This document shows positions 44,038-53,637 of a stretch of 64,000 bases of DNA, one piece after another (position 1 is the stretch's first letter; each line of letters starts with the position of its first letter). The notes beneath the pieces are model-generated. The model ran no database searches. It was given only the letters and a program-made list of their open reading frames with translations, and was not told where the DNA came from. The stretch covers positions 5,344,001 to 5,408,000 of the forward strand of contig OY970166.1 in assembly GCA_963706595.1 (NCBI GenBank), in the 5' to 3' direction. Position numbers and translations under genes: made by a program. The DNA comes from an uncultured cyanobacterium (GTDB taxonomy: Bacteria; Cyanobacteriota; Cyanobacteriia; Cyanobacteriales; Nostocaceae).

Positions 44038-44455
44038 CTACCCATAGTTGGCTCCGCCTGAACTATGGGTTTCTACATCCCTTAGTTCGTTGCGAGCAGA
44101 GACTTCCAGGGATTTTTGACGCTTCTTCGCCCCTAGTTGCTTCATGCTTCCCGCTTGTTTGCGGGTGGATGAAGTAGAGCTAGGCGACTCTGCGTCTACG
44201 AGGTTAGTTCCTAACCCCGGTAGTGTTCCTTTTGACCAATAAAGCATAACTTCGGCAGCAGCAATATCTCGGTCTTGAAAATAGCCACAAACACCACACT
44301 CATGTACTCTAACATCGAGTGTTTTCTTGTGTTGATGACCACATTTAGGACAAGTTTGGCTAGGCTTTACTTTCTTAGTTGGAACTTCCACGAACACACC
44401 ACCAATTTGTTCTACTTTGTACTTGATGGCACTACGAAGCATTCCAAAACCGACT
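44038..44455 (-). pseudogene. tnpB: TnpB C-terminal fragment
   Basis: PSQTCPKCG...HECGVCG zinc finger and DRDIAAA (RuvC-III); no N-terminus. Confidence 0.88.
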
Positions 44456-44766
44456 TAGAACGGTTGAAGGAAATATTTGCTAATGTCTCCATAAGAACTA
44501 AGTGCAGATTGATTGAGTTTTCGGGAGAAGTAGACCATGTTCATTTACTAATTGATTTCCACCCTGATAACAACTTATCTGTTCTTGTGGGCAGTCTAAA
44601 ATCAGCGTCAAGCAGAATTATACAAAAAGAATTCGCTGAAAATTTGTCTACCTTTTACAGGAAACCTGTTTTTTGGTCTAGTTCGTATTATGTAGCTTCT
44701 ACGGGTGGCGCACCAATTGAAAAAATCAAGCAATACATACAATCACAAGAAGCACCAGAAGATTGA
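44450..44766 (+). pseudogene. tnpA: IS200-family TnpA (Y1 HUH) lacking its N-terminus
   Basis: DHVHLL, LKSASSR, FWSSSYY, IKQYIQSQ. Confidence 0.88.
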
Positions 44767-44953
44767 TTGGCTACTCCTCATACATACTATTCCCTTATCA
44801 ACCTTACGGTTGATTCTGGTCAGGTATGCAATCGTCGTACCCCGCTATTCATCCCTACCTTGCTTCGCTGAAAGTAGGGACTTTCGCGTTACGTCAACCC
44901 TGAAATATCTAACCATGACCACAGGAGAATAGACAGAGAAAGTATGTTGTATA

Positions 44954-45074
44954 TAGGACTCCTACTTGATTTCTGAACATCAATACAACTCAAAATGGCT
45001 TTTTCCCACTCCCCACTCCCCACTCCCCACTCCCCACCTACGCAAGTAAGTTTAAAAATCAAAGCGGATTACTA
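44954..45074. mobile_element. MITE of the TAGGA-terminal family (reverse orientation) carrying CCCCACT STRR cargo
   Basis: taggactcctacttgattt...aaatcaaagcggattacta, flanked by TA on both sides. Confidence 0.65.
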
Positions 45075-45187
45075 TATCTTCAGTGTGAGTTTGGAGAAAG
45101 CCTAGTTTATAGCCGCAGATTGATTTGATTAGTTATGGAACTCGATACAGTGGTGAATGACGTTGGAAGGGATGAGATATTTTCACC

Positions 45188-45463
45188 ATGACACGTAATT
45201 TTACCAAAGCAGTTAGTGCCGGCTGTCTCACGTTGAGTATGGCCATGTTGCCTTTAACTCTACCTGTAAATGCCCAAGTTACTGACCCCAGGGTTGAAAC
45301 TACACCGAGGACTACAGTTTACGAACGCCGAGATTTCGATTGGGGTTGGTTAGGATTAATTGGTTTATTTGGTTTAGCTGGTTTAGCTGGAAGAAAGCGT
45401 GGCGACGAACCTACAGCTTATCGTGAGCCGACTACTACTGGAAGTACAACTTACAGAGACTAA
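45188..45463 (+). CDS. Small WGxxGxxG-CTERM protein
   Basis: Signal peptide, short linker, FDWGWLGLIGLFGLAGL followed by RKR. Confidence 0.85.
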   Translation: MTRNFTKAVSAGCLTLSMAMLPLTLPVNAQVTDPRVETTPRTTVYERRDFDWGWLGLIGLFGLAGLAGRKRGDEPTAYREPTTTGSTTYRD

Positions 45464-45640
45464 GCTATTTACCAAAATTCAGAATGACCAATAAATAGTT
45501 CCTTAATGGTACAAGCCGCTAGATTTATCTGTGGAATCAATCGAAAATCCCAAATCTAAAATCCCAAATTGTATGACCTTCAGGAGCTACAAATCCAGGC
45601 TGGATTCTGGCTCCTGAATTTTGCCATTTTTTGTTAATCT

Positions 45641-47068
45641 TTAATTTGCTGTGGATTCTCCGTGAGATGAAGTGAATTTTTGAGTTTGGTTTTGAGCTAT
45701 GGGTGTCCAGTAGCTAGCAATTAAAGCTACCATTAACCACCAAAGGCTGTTGACTTCTGGACGAAACCAAATAGTATCGACAGTACCGTGAGCCAACATC
45801 CCCGCTACAGTCGCAAACGCGCCAATCAACCAAAATCCCTCTACACTTCTAGATTGCCGCAATCGTCGCACTTGTACAAATGCGTGATTTAACATCACAA
45901 TGATCAGCCAGAGAAAAGAGGCTAAACCCACAAAGCCAGTTTCTACAGCTATTTCCAGAAAAACTGAATAAGCACTTAAAGCTGTAAAACGAGGACGTTG
46001 GTAAAGAGGGTAGATTTGATTAAAAGAATTGTGACCAGGGCCAATGCCAATTATAGGGCGATCGCCAATCATCTCGAAGACAGCATCCCAAACATTTTTG
46101 CGAAAATTATTACTGCTATCTTGGCGGTCGGCAAAAATACTCAAAACTCTGATGCGGACTGGCTCGACAAAGATGACTGCTAGCAACAGTAAGCCCATCA
46201 TCCCTCCTAAAATAATTGGCAGTGACCAAGTACGCCAAAAAGGAGGCATTTGTACAGTCCACCAATAAACTAACAAGGCGATCGCCGTCAATACACCCAC
46301 CACCATCCCAATCCAGCCACCACGACTAAAAGTCAGCACCAAACAAGCCGCATTAGCAATAAACATCGTTAACGCTAAAGCCTTTTTGATCCAACTTTGC
46401 CAAGCAAAAATCGCCACCAAGCTGAAAACCACGGCTGGTAAGAGATACCCAGCCAATAAATTCGGATTACCCAAATAACTATAAACCCTGGTGGTCTTAG
46501 CCAGAGGCGATTGTGGATCTACCCAAGTCGCCAGTGCTGTTGCACCAAAAAACCATTGCCGCAATCCGTAAATAGTCACGATTAAAGATACGTGCAAATA
46601 CAGGGTAATGATCCAAGAACGTAAGCGAGGCGATCGCAATACCCTAGCACAAAGGGCAAACAGCAATAGATAAAGTGTCAATACCACCAAATCTTTAAAC
46701 GCCGCCTGTTTGACTGGTGACAACGCGGCAGAAACTACCGCAATAGCCCAGTAAAGTAACACCAACAGATGAATTGGCGTAAATAACGGCGTAGTTGTTT
46801 GACCAGATTCATCGGATAAAGTCAACAGGAGCCAAAATCCTACACAAGCTACTAAAAATACTCCTACTAGGCTACTCGACACAAAAGGAGACAGAGCATA
46901 CACCAAGCTGAGTAAAGCCACGGCTATTGCATCTCCCCACGGCATCAAGATGCTACTTTGCCGCCAAGAGTGCAATATCCCCACCACAAAACGGTGTAAA
47001 TAGCTCGTAGCGAGATATTCTTTCAGAGGTAAATAAGATAACGTAAATCGTTGCCAGACTAAATTCAT
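45641..47068 (-). CDS. ictB: IctB family membrane protein (O-antigen ligase-like)
   Basis: RVYSYLGNPNLLAGY, TFSRGGW, DSSNNFR, GIGPG. Confidence 0.92.
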   Translation of the reverse strand: MNLVWQRFTLSYLPLKEYLATSYLHRFVVGILHSWRQSSILMPWGDAIAVALLSLVYALSPFVSSSLVGVFLVACVGFWLLLTLSDESGQTTTPLFTPIHLLVLLYWAIAVVSAALSPVKQAAFKDLVVLTLYLLLFALCARVLRSPRLRSWIITLYLHVSLIVTIYGLRQWFFGATALATWVDPQSPLAKTTRVYSYLGNPNLLAGYLLPAVVFSLVAIFAWQSWIKKALALTMFIANAACLVLTFSRGGWIGMVVGVLTAIALLVYWWTVQMPPFWRTWSLPIILGGMMGLLLLAVIFVEPVRIRVLSIFADRQDSSNNFRKNVWDAVFEMIGDRPIIGIGPGHNSFNQIYPLYQRPRFTALSAYSVFLEIAVETGFVGLASFLWLIIVMLNHAFVQVRRLRQSRSVEGFWLIGAFATVAGMLAHGTVDTIWFRPEVNSLWWLMVALIASYWTPIAQNQTQKFTSSHGESTAN

Positions 47069-47078
47069 AAATTATTGA

Positions 47079-48630
47079 TCAACAATCACTGATTATTTCT
47101 GAAGAAGTAGCCATCTGTAATGGCAAAGACAGTACATAGCGGTTTCCTGATTCGGATGAACCTTGAATCACAATTTCTCCCCCGTGAAATTCTGCCAGTC
47201 TGACAGCTCAACAACAGACCTAAGCTTTCACGCGTCAAGTTACGATGATCTTGAGGCAAACCCTCATCAGCATTCATAGTAAATGTATCTGAATGGGAAT
47301 TAATTAAATGCGGTTTTTTCTCCACCACTATTGGCATCTCCAAGTCCTCTGGGCTGTCTGGATAAGTGCTGGAGGTTGCAGCTGCATCTGTCAGTTCCAG
47401 GCTGGAGACAGAATTCAGGTGAAAATAGGAGTTAATCTCAGTTATCCCATCTCCTAACCAAGGATGAGAAACACCAACAGTAATATTCAGCGTATTTTCC
47501 TTATGAGAAATATGAATCCGGACAATGCTACCTGTAGCAGAAACTTGAATCACACTGAAAATTAAGTGATACAGAATTTGCTGCACTTTGCTTTTATCCA
47601 AAAGCAAATTCCGGCTATATCCTGGTTCTATGGACAAGCGAATATTTTGCTCACGGCGGTTAGCTGCTTCTTTGAGAGTATTGATTACTTGTTGACATAG
47701 CATTTCAATCTCTACAGGAGCTAAATTCAGCACAGATGTGTTGTCATCCAACGCTCCCAGTTCGGTAATTTCGTTGACTAAAGACAGTAAGTATCGACCA
47801 CTATGTTGAATGATCTCCAGATATTCTCTCTGTTTTATGGTCAAAGGCCCATAAATCTCACGTCCTAAAACTCCAGCCATGCCGAGTACAGATGTTAAGG
47901 GTGTACGTAACTCTTGAGTTATCTGTCCTAAAAGTGCCAGTTTTAGTTGCTTAGTAGAACCAGATTCTGGTTTGAAAAGAGGTGGAGTGTCTCTAATCAC
48001 ACTTTGGCGTTGCTCATTGAATGATGTCGTAGCAGCCTTGTGCGGATGAGTTTTTTCTAACTTTTTTTGCAGCATTCGGTCACGCTCAAATTCACTCATA
48101 CACCAACGAGCGATTATTTGTAAAAATTCAATATCGCGACTTGTAAATTTACGTGGCACTAAATCCATGATTGCCAACGCACCTAAACAATTACCCGCAG
48201 CATCAATGAGAGGTGCGCCCAGGTAGGCACGGATGCCATAATCCTGTACTAACTTACCAGTCCTGAGTAATGAATTGGTCAGTTGGTGCGTATCATTAAT
48301 TATAGAAACCTGAATGCTTTCTACCACTTGGGTGCAAAAAGATTCCTCACGTAACAACTGACGGCTTTGTGCCAGATGATTCATTAGCCCTAGTCTAGAT
48401 AAACCCACCGCTGACTTGAACCAATGACGTTCTTGGTCTACAAATCCCAATATGGAAATTGGCACTTCTAAAAAGTGGGCAGCAGTTTGAGTGGCTTCTT
48501 CAAAGACTGGAATCGTTTCGGATTGCCGCAAACCTAATTCCGACAATGCTTCTAGGCGTTGTTCCTCCGTGACTTCTTGAGAAACCCAACCATCCTTAAA
48601 GCCAAACCATTTGTTTTCAGGTTCTACCAT
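47079..48630 (-). CDS. GAF-domain sensor histidine kinase-like protein; +1 frameshift near 47199
   Basis: GAF domain (ESFC, IRAYLGAPL), HisKA-like QELRTPLT, HATPase; corrected end LAEFHGGEIVIQGS...DC*. Confidence 0.85.
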
Positions 48631-48888
48631 TGCCACTGCTACCTTGATATTTTTCGAGCTTGTAATTTCTATAACCCCTGAGTCTGGGTTATGATTTTCT
48701 ACTTTTAAGCATTCCCCAATTTGGCGGCTAATCAACAAAATGGTCAGAGAAATTTTGTCACCTATTCGGGAAAAGGTAGTGTAATTTGGCTTATTTGAGA
48801 TTTTGATGGCGAACTTTACTATTACTTCATCAGTAAGGGCTTGTATTAATGGGCAAAAATTTGATATTTATTTTTGAGGATAACTAAG

Positions 48889-50052
48889 ATGAAGATGAAT
48901 CATAAAATTCCTTTTGTAGACCTGAATTTACAACACCAGCCGATTCAAGAGCAATTGCAACAGGCAATACAGGCTGTGTTGACACAGGGAGATTTTATTT
49001 TAGGGAAAGCATTGTCAGATTTTGAAGCCGCTTTTGCAGCTGCATCTGGCACAGAATATGGTGTAGGTGTGGCATCAGGAACAGATGCGATCGCTCTGGG
49101 TTTACAAGCGTGTAATATTGGCAGTGGTGATCAAGTGATCTTACCAGCTAATACCTTTGTGGCTACGTTGATTGGAGTTTTACGTGCAGGAGCCGAGCCT
49201 GTGCTGGTAGACTGTAACCCGCAAACAGCTTTAATCGACCTCGAAGCCGCAGCCAAAGCCATTACGCCACAAACTAAAGCCATTATCCCTGTACATCTCT
49301 ATGGACAGATGGTATCACCGCAACAGCTATTAGACTTGGCTGATACTTATAAGCTGCTAATTTTTGAAGATGCCGCCCAGGCACATTTAGCCACCAGAGA
49401 AGGATATCGCGCTGGTTCGGTGGGCATAGGTGCGGCTTTTAGTTTCTATCCCAGCAAAAATTTAGGCGCATTTGGGGATGGAGGAATGCTGCTGACAGGA
49501 GATTCAGATGTAGCGCAGAAAATGAAGCGCTTGCGAAATTATGGGGCATCCCAAAAGTATTTCCACGTAGAAACAGGGACTAACAGTCGCTTGGATACCT
49601 TGCAAGCCGCAGTGTTATTAGCAAAACTTCCACATTTGCCGCAATGGAATCGCGATCGCTTGGCGATCGCTCAACAGTATGATCAAGAACTAGCACCCCT
49701 AGCATCTGCTGGCATCATTCCTCTGCAAAACCACAGCAGCACCGGACACGTATATCATCTTTATGTGATCAAAGTAGATGATTCTTGTATTTTAGAGCGT
49801 CAGCAAATCCAAGACCAACTCACAGCAGTGGGAATTCAAACAGGCATTCACTACCCCATTCCTTGCCATCTGCAACCAGCCTTCACCAACTTAGGCTATA
49901 AACCAGGAGACTTTCCCCAAGCAGAAAAACTCGCCAATCAAATATTGTCCTTACCTATGTACCCAGGTTTGAACAATCACCAAATCAAAGAAGTTGTAGC
50001 AGCTATTACATCGACTCTCGGTAGCGAACCACAACAGTTATTATGTATTTAA
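48889..50052 (+). CDS. DegT/DnrJ/EryC1/StrS sugar aminotransferase
   Basis: SGTDA, PVHLYGQ, EDAAQAH, SFYPSKNLG. Confidence 0.93.
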   Translation: MKMNHKIPFVDLNLQHQPIQEQLQQAIQAVLTQGDFILGKALSDFEAAFAAASGTEYGVGVASGTDAIALGLQACNIGSGDQVILPANTFVATLIGVLRAGAEPVLVDCNPQTALIDLEAAAKAITPQTKAIIPVHLYGQMVSPQQLLDLADTYKLLIFEDAAQAHLATREGYRAGSVGIGAAFSFYPSKNLGAFGDGGMLLTGDSDVAQKMKRLRNYGASQKYFHVETGTNSRLDTLQAAVLLAKLPHLPQWNRDRLAIAQQYDQELAPLASAGIIPLQNHSSTGHVYHLYVIKVDDSCILERQQIQDQLTAVGIQTGIHYPIPCHLQPAFTNLGYKPGDFPQAEKLANQILSLPMYPGLNNHQIKEVVAAITSTLGSEPQQLLCI

Positions 50053-50161
50053 TTTCAATTCTTGAATACCGTAGTTCAGTCATCCATTGCCAAACCACCG
50101 ATTTCAGTTGATGGGATAAGTTTGTGCATTGTGAGTTATTAATTCTTAATGGTTTTAAATC

Positions 50162-51061
50162 ATGGCATTTCAGCAACAGCTAAAACAAAGAAACACGGGA
50201 CAATTGCTAAATATAGCAATTTTCGGCTTTTTGGTGCTACTGTATGCCCCACTCTTGTTGCACTGGGTGGATGGTTGGCTCAACAAAAGCATTAGTATCG
50301 AACATGAATACTTTAGCCACGGTATTATTGGTCTGCCATTTGCGGCTTACCTGATGTGGTTAAACCGGAAAAAGTGGCATCGACTGCAAAATACAGCCCA
50401 TCCTTTAGGTGCTGTTTTGCTCTCAATCGGGGGAGTATTTTATCTGAGTGGGATTCCAGAATGGGTGAATATTTCCCTACCGACAATACTGGCAGGTTTG
50501 TGCTTCTGGTTCAAAGGCATACCCGGCTTCCGACTGCAAGCATTTGCTTTGCTGCTGATATTTTTAGCAACCCCCACCGCCTTACCCTACCTCCTCGTTC
50601 CCTACACCTTACCTCTGCAAAGCTTCATCGCGGGGACAGCAGGCTTCATCCTCAATCAATTGGGAATGGAAGTAGTTGTCGATGGTATCAACATATACGT
50701 AAATGGCCGAATTGTCGAAGTTGCCCCCTATTGTGCGGGGCTAAAAATGTTGTTTACGACCTTCTACGTCAGCTTGATGCTGCTTTATTGGACAGGTGCA
50801 TTGTTGTCCCGGCGCACTACGACTTGGTTTTTATCTTCTGCCCTGATCATTAGCGTTATTGCTAATATCATTCGTAACACTTTACTCAGCTTCTTTCACG
50901 GCACAGGACGAGAGGCAGCTTTTAAATGGCTACATGACAGTTGGGGTGGAGACCTTTACTCTGCTTGTATGCTGCTGTTATTAATACCTTTGCTGAATTG
51001 GATGAATGACTATTTTTCCACAGATTCAGAACTTCCAGAATCAGGGGAAAGTGCGGGATAA
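50162..51061 (+). CDS. crtB: Cyanoexosortase B
   Basis: HEYFSHG, VAPYCAG (catalytic Cys), NIIR, WLHD; crtB is used here in the cyanoexosortase sense, not phytoene synthase. Confidence 0.88.
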   Translation: MAFQQQLKQRNTGQLLNIAIFGFLVLLYAPLLLHWVDGWLNKSISIEHEYFSHGIIGLPFAAYLMWLNRKKWHRLQNTAHPLGAVLLSIGGVFYLSGIPEWVNISLPTILAGLCFWFKGIPGFRLQAFALLLIFLATPTALPYLLVPYTLPLQSFIAGTAGFILNQLGMEVVVDGINIYVNGRIVEVAPYCAGLKMLFTTFYVSLMLLYWTGALLSRRTTTWFLSSALIISVIANIIRNTLLSFFHGTGREAAFKWLHDSWGGDLYSACMLLLLIPLLNWMNDYFSTDSELPESGESAG

Positions 51062-51145
51062 GGAATTGAAAAAGAAGCAGGGGAGCAGGGTGCAGGGAGC
51101 AAGGGGGTTCAAAAATTTGTTACGTAAATATGGTAATTTTCACTA

Positions 51146-51868
51146 ATGAATCGCTTATCTAAGTTTTTCCCCAAAAAGCAATTGGCCCATGTACCAGTGC
51201 TTTTTTTATTACTATTGCTACTAGCAATCGGAGCATTTCCCGGATACGTAACAGGAACCTGGCAATGGAAACAGCCACCATCTGTTCCCAACCTGACAGC
51301 ATTGAGGGAAATACGTCAAACCGGGATTACCCTTCCGAATTGGCAAACTGTTGAACAAGCCGAACAATTCGTAGGCACAAGTAAATGGTCATTGCAGATT
51401 CTCAAGCAAGAAAGCACTCAAAATCAAGCCATATTGCTTTTGCATCCGCAAAACGGTCCGAGGGATCAACCAGAGGTAGAGTGGACTGATATTAATAGCT
51501 GGGGAAAAATTCGCTGGAAGCGATGGGATATAGCTCAATATCGTGCTGCGGAATTTACTCTCAACAGACCGACAAAATCTGGAGCAAATACTGAAGTTCA
51601 GGTAGAAGCAAGGTTCTTTCGCGTCTCCACCGAACAGGAAACCTTCGCTGTCTTGCAATGGTATGCAACGCCCAATGGTGGATATCCATCACCTTTTCGC
51701 TGGTTTCTGGCAGATCAATTGGCACAATGGCAGAAAAATCGCATCCCCTGGGTTAGTGTAAGCATAATGATTCCTATGGAACCTTTAGGCCAGGTGGAAA
51801 CTACTTGGGCTTTAGCTCAGTCTATAGGTGAAACTGTACAAGCGACATTGATGGCAAGTCCTTTTTAG
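51146..51868 (+). CDS. Cyanoexosortase B system-associated protein
   Basis: Adjacent to the exosortase; N-terminal TM, QPEVEWTD, QWYA...WFLADQ. Confidence 0.8.
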   Translation: MNRLSKFFPKKQLAHVPVLFLLLLLLAIGAFPGYVTGTWQWKQPPSVPNLTALREIRQTGITLPNWQTVEQAEQFVGTSKWSLQILKQESTQNQAILLLHPQNGPRDQPEVEWTDINSWGKIRWKRWDIAQYRAAEFTLNRPTKSGANTEVQVEARFFRVSTEQETFAVLQWYATPNGGYPSPFRWFLADQLAQWQKNRIPWVSVSIMIPMEPLGQVETTWALAQSIGETVQATLMASPF

Positions 51869-52021
51869 AAAAATTCACGAATGCGTTTGTTTGTGAACCA
51901 ACAATACAATCTCAAGTTATCAGAGGCACTATACAGTTAAAGTTTTAAAATATCTTCAGAGTAAAATCCTCAATCGGTGGGACTTACTTTGATCTGAGTT
52001 TAACCATGATTGATATTTGAT

Positions 52022-53404
52022 ATGCGTGTATTATTCAGCGCTCTATATTTTGTGAGTTTTCAAGTAAGTATTTTATTCACACCTGCTGTCCAATCGGTTG
52101 TTGCCCAACCTTTATTGAATTCTGAGAAATTAACAGGGCAATTACCCACTCTCCCATCAGGTGCTGTTGAAGTACAGCCACAACTGTTACAACCACCTGC
52201 TTCTCCATTAGATGTTGAGGGTTCTAATAACGACGAGATTTCTCCGCAACTCAACCGCTATCTTTTGGGGCCGGGAGATGGAATTAGCGTTTTGTTTCAG
52301 CGCCCACCTGGCCCGTACCGCTTAGGTCCGGGAGATGGAATTAGTGTTGCGGTTCAGCGTTTCCCTGATTTGAGTTTTCAATCCTCAATCAATCCCGAAG
52401 GCAACATTATTGTGCCACTACTTGGCACGGTGTCGCTACAAGGTTTAACCTTAGAAGAAGCACAAGAAAAAATTCGGGTGTCCCTGGATCGTTTTGTGAT
52501 TGATCCGGTAATAGTTTTATCTTTAACCGGGCTGCGTCCAGATTCGAGTTTTCAAGCCCAAATTGATCAAGAAGGCAATATAGTTGTTCCGCAAGTGGGA
52601 ATAGTTTCTGTGCAAGGTTTAACCTTAGAGGAAGCACAAGAAAAAATTCGCTTGAGTTTAAGTAGTATTTTGGTTGAACCGACTTTGGTCGTGTCACTGG
52701 CAAGACCACGACCAGTTCAGGTAACTATTAGCGGTGAAGTGTTTCGACCAGGAATTTATCCGGTGAATTCTCCAACAGCCCGTGTTGGGGAAGCTTTGTT
52801 TATAGCTGGTGGTTCGACAACGAGCGCTGACCTGCGGCAAGTGCAAGTCCGTCGGAGGTTGATGGATGGTTCTGTGATTTCACAAACTGTTGATTTGTAT
52901 GCAGTATTGCAGAATGATGGATCACTACCGAGTTTACGCTTACAAGATGGCGATGCAATTATTGTCCCACGTCAAGAAGTCGGTACTGATGACGGTTACG
53001 ATCGCAACTTAGTCGCTCGTTCATCCCTAGCTGTACAGCAAATTCGCGTCCGGGTTTTAAATTACACAACTTCAGGAATGGTGACTCAAGCACTACCTAA
53101 TGGCAGTAATTTTATCGATGTTTTAGGAGGAATAAATCTGGATCGTGCTAATCTCCGGGACATTGCCCTAGTTCGCTTCGATCCCGAACAAGGTAAAGCT
53201 GTTACCCAAAAACTGGATGCGAGGAAGGCTTTGGCTGGCGATGCATCTCAAAATGTGCCACTTCAAGATAATGATGTCATTGTTGTGGGACGAAATTTAG
53301 TGGGGAGACTTTCTAATATTCTCACTACCATTACACAGCCGTTTTTCAATATTCGGTCTTTTCTCAATTTCTTTGAAAACTTTGGTGGTGGTGGTGGTAA
53401 CTAA
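52022..53404 (+). CDS. Polysaccharide export protein (Wza-like, SLBB domains)
   Basis: YxLGPGD twice, GLTLEEAQEKIR twice, GEVFRPG, LQDGD and LQDND. Confidence 0.9.
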   Translation: MRVLFSALYFVSFQVSILFTPAVQSVVAQPLLNSEKLTGQLPTLPSGAVEVQPQLLQPPASPLDVEGSNNDEISPQLNRYLLGPGDGISVLFQRPPGPYRLGPGDGISVAVQRFPDLSFQSSINPEGNIIVPLLGTVSLQGLTLEEAQEKIRVSLDRFVIDPVIVLSLTGLRPDSSFQAQIDQEGNIVVPQVGIVSVQGLTLEEAQEKIRLSLSSILVEPTLVVSLARPRPVQVTISGEVFRPGIYPVNSPTARVGEALFIAGGSTTSADLRQVQVRRRLMDGSVISQTVDLYAVLQNDGSLPSLRLQDGDAIIVPRQEVGTDDGYDRNLVARSSLAVQQIRVRVLNYTTSGMVTQALPNGSNFIDVLGGINLDRANLRDIALVRFDPEQGKAVTQKLDARKALAGDASQNVPLQDNDVIVVGRNLVGRLSNILTTITQPFFNIRSFLNFFENFGGGGGN

Positions 53405-53637
53405 TTCTGAGTTGGTAATCGGGAAAAGCACGGAATTTAGGCATGGGCAGTGGGCGGTTGATTGTTGCCGGGGCTGTATTCTGGAAGCACTATCTAATTT
53501 TTGACGCAGGAACACAGCTACAATTTTTACTCTACAGAGAAAAACCAGGGTGTAGGTCTACACGTATTTGCTGTTTTAGTCGGGGTTGAAATTCCCGTCA
53601 GTAACAGTTTTGAATTTTGAATTTTAAATTGTTTATT

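Larger units (their letters stand above)
44033..44892 (-). mobile_element. Internally deleted IS200/IS605 element (divergent tnpA/tnpB type) with both ends retained
   Basis: 3' parts of tnpB (minus) and tnpA (plus) fused back-to-back near 44450; on the minus strand the left-end hairpin follows TTGAC and the right end reads GGGTAGTTCAT; ends inferred. Confidence 0.8.

Noticed and set aside
44275..44766. Intact 163-aa TnpA
   Set aside because: The first roughly 58 codons are the antisense strand of tnpB; the true TnpA N-terminus is deleted
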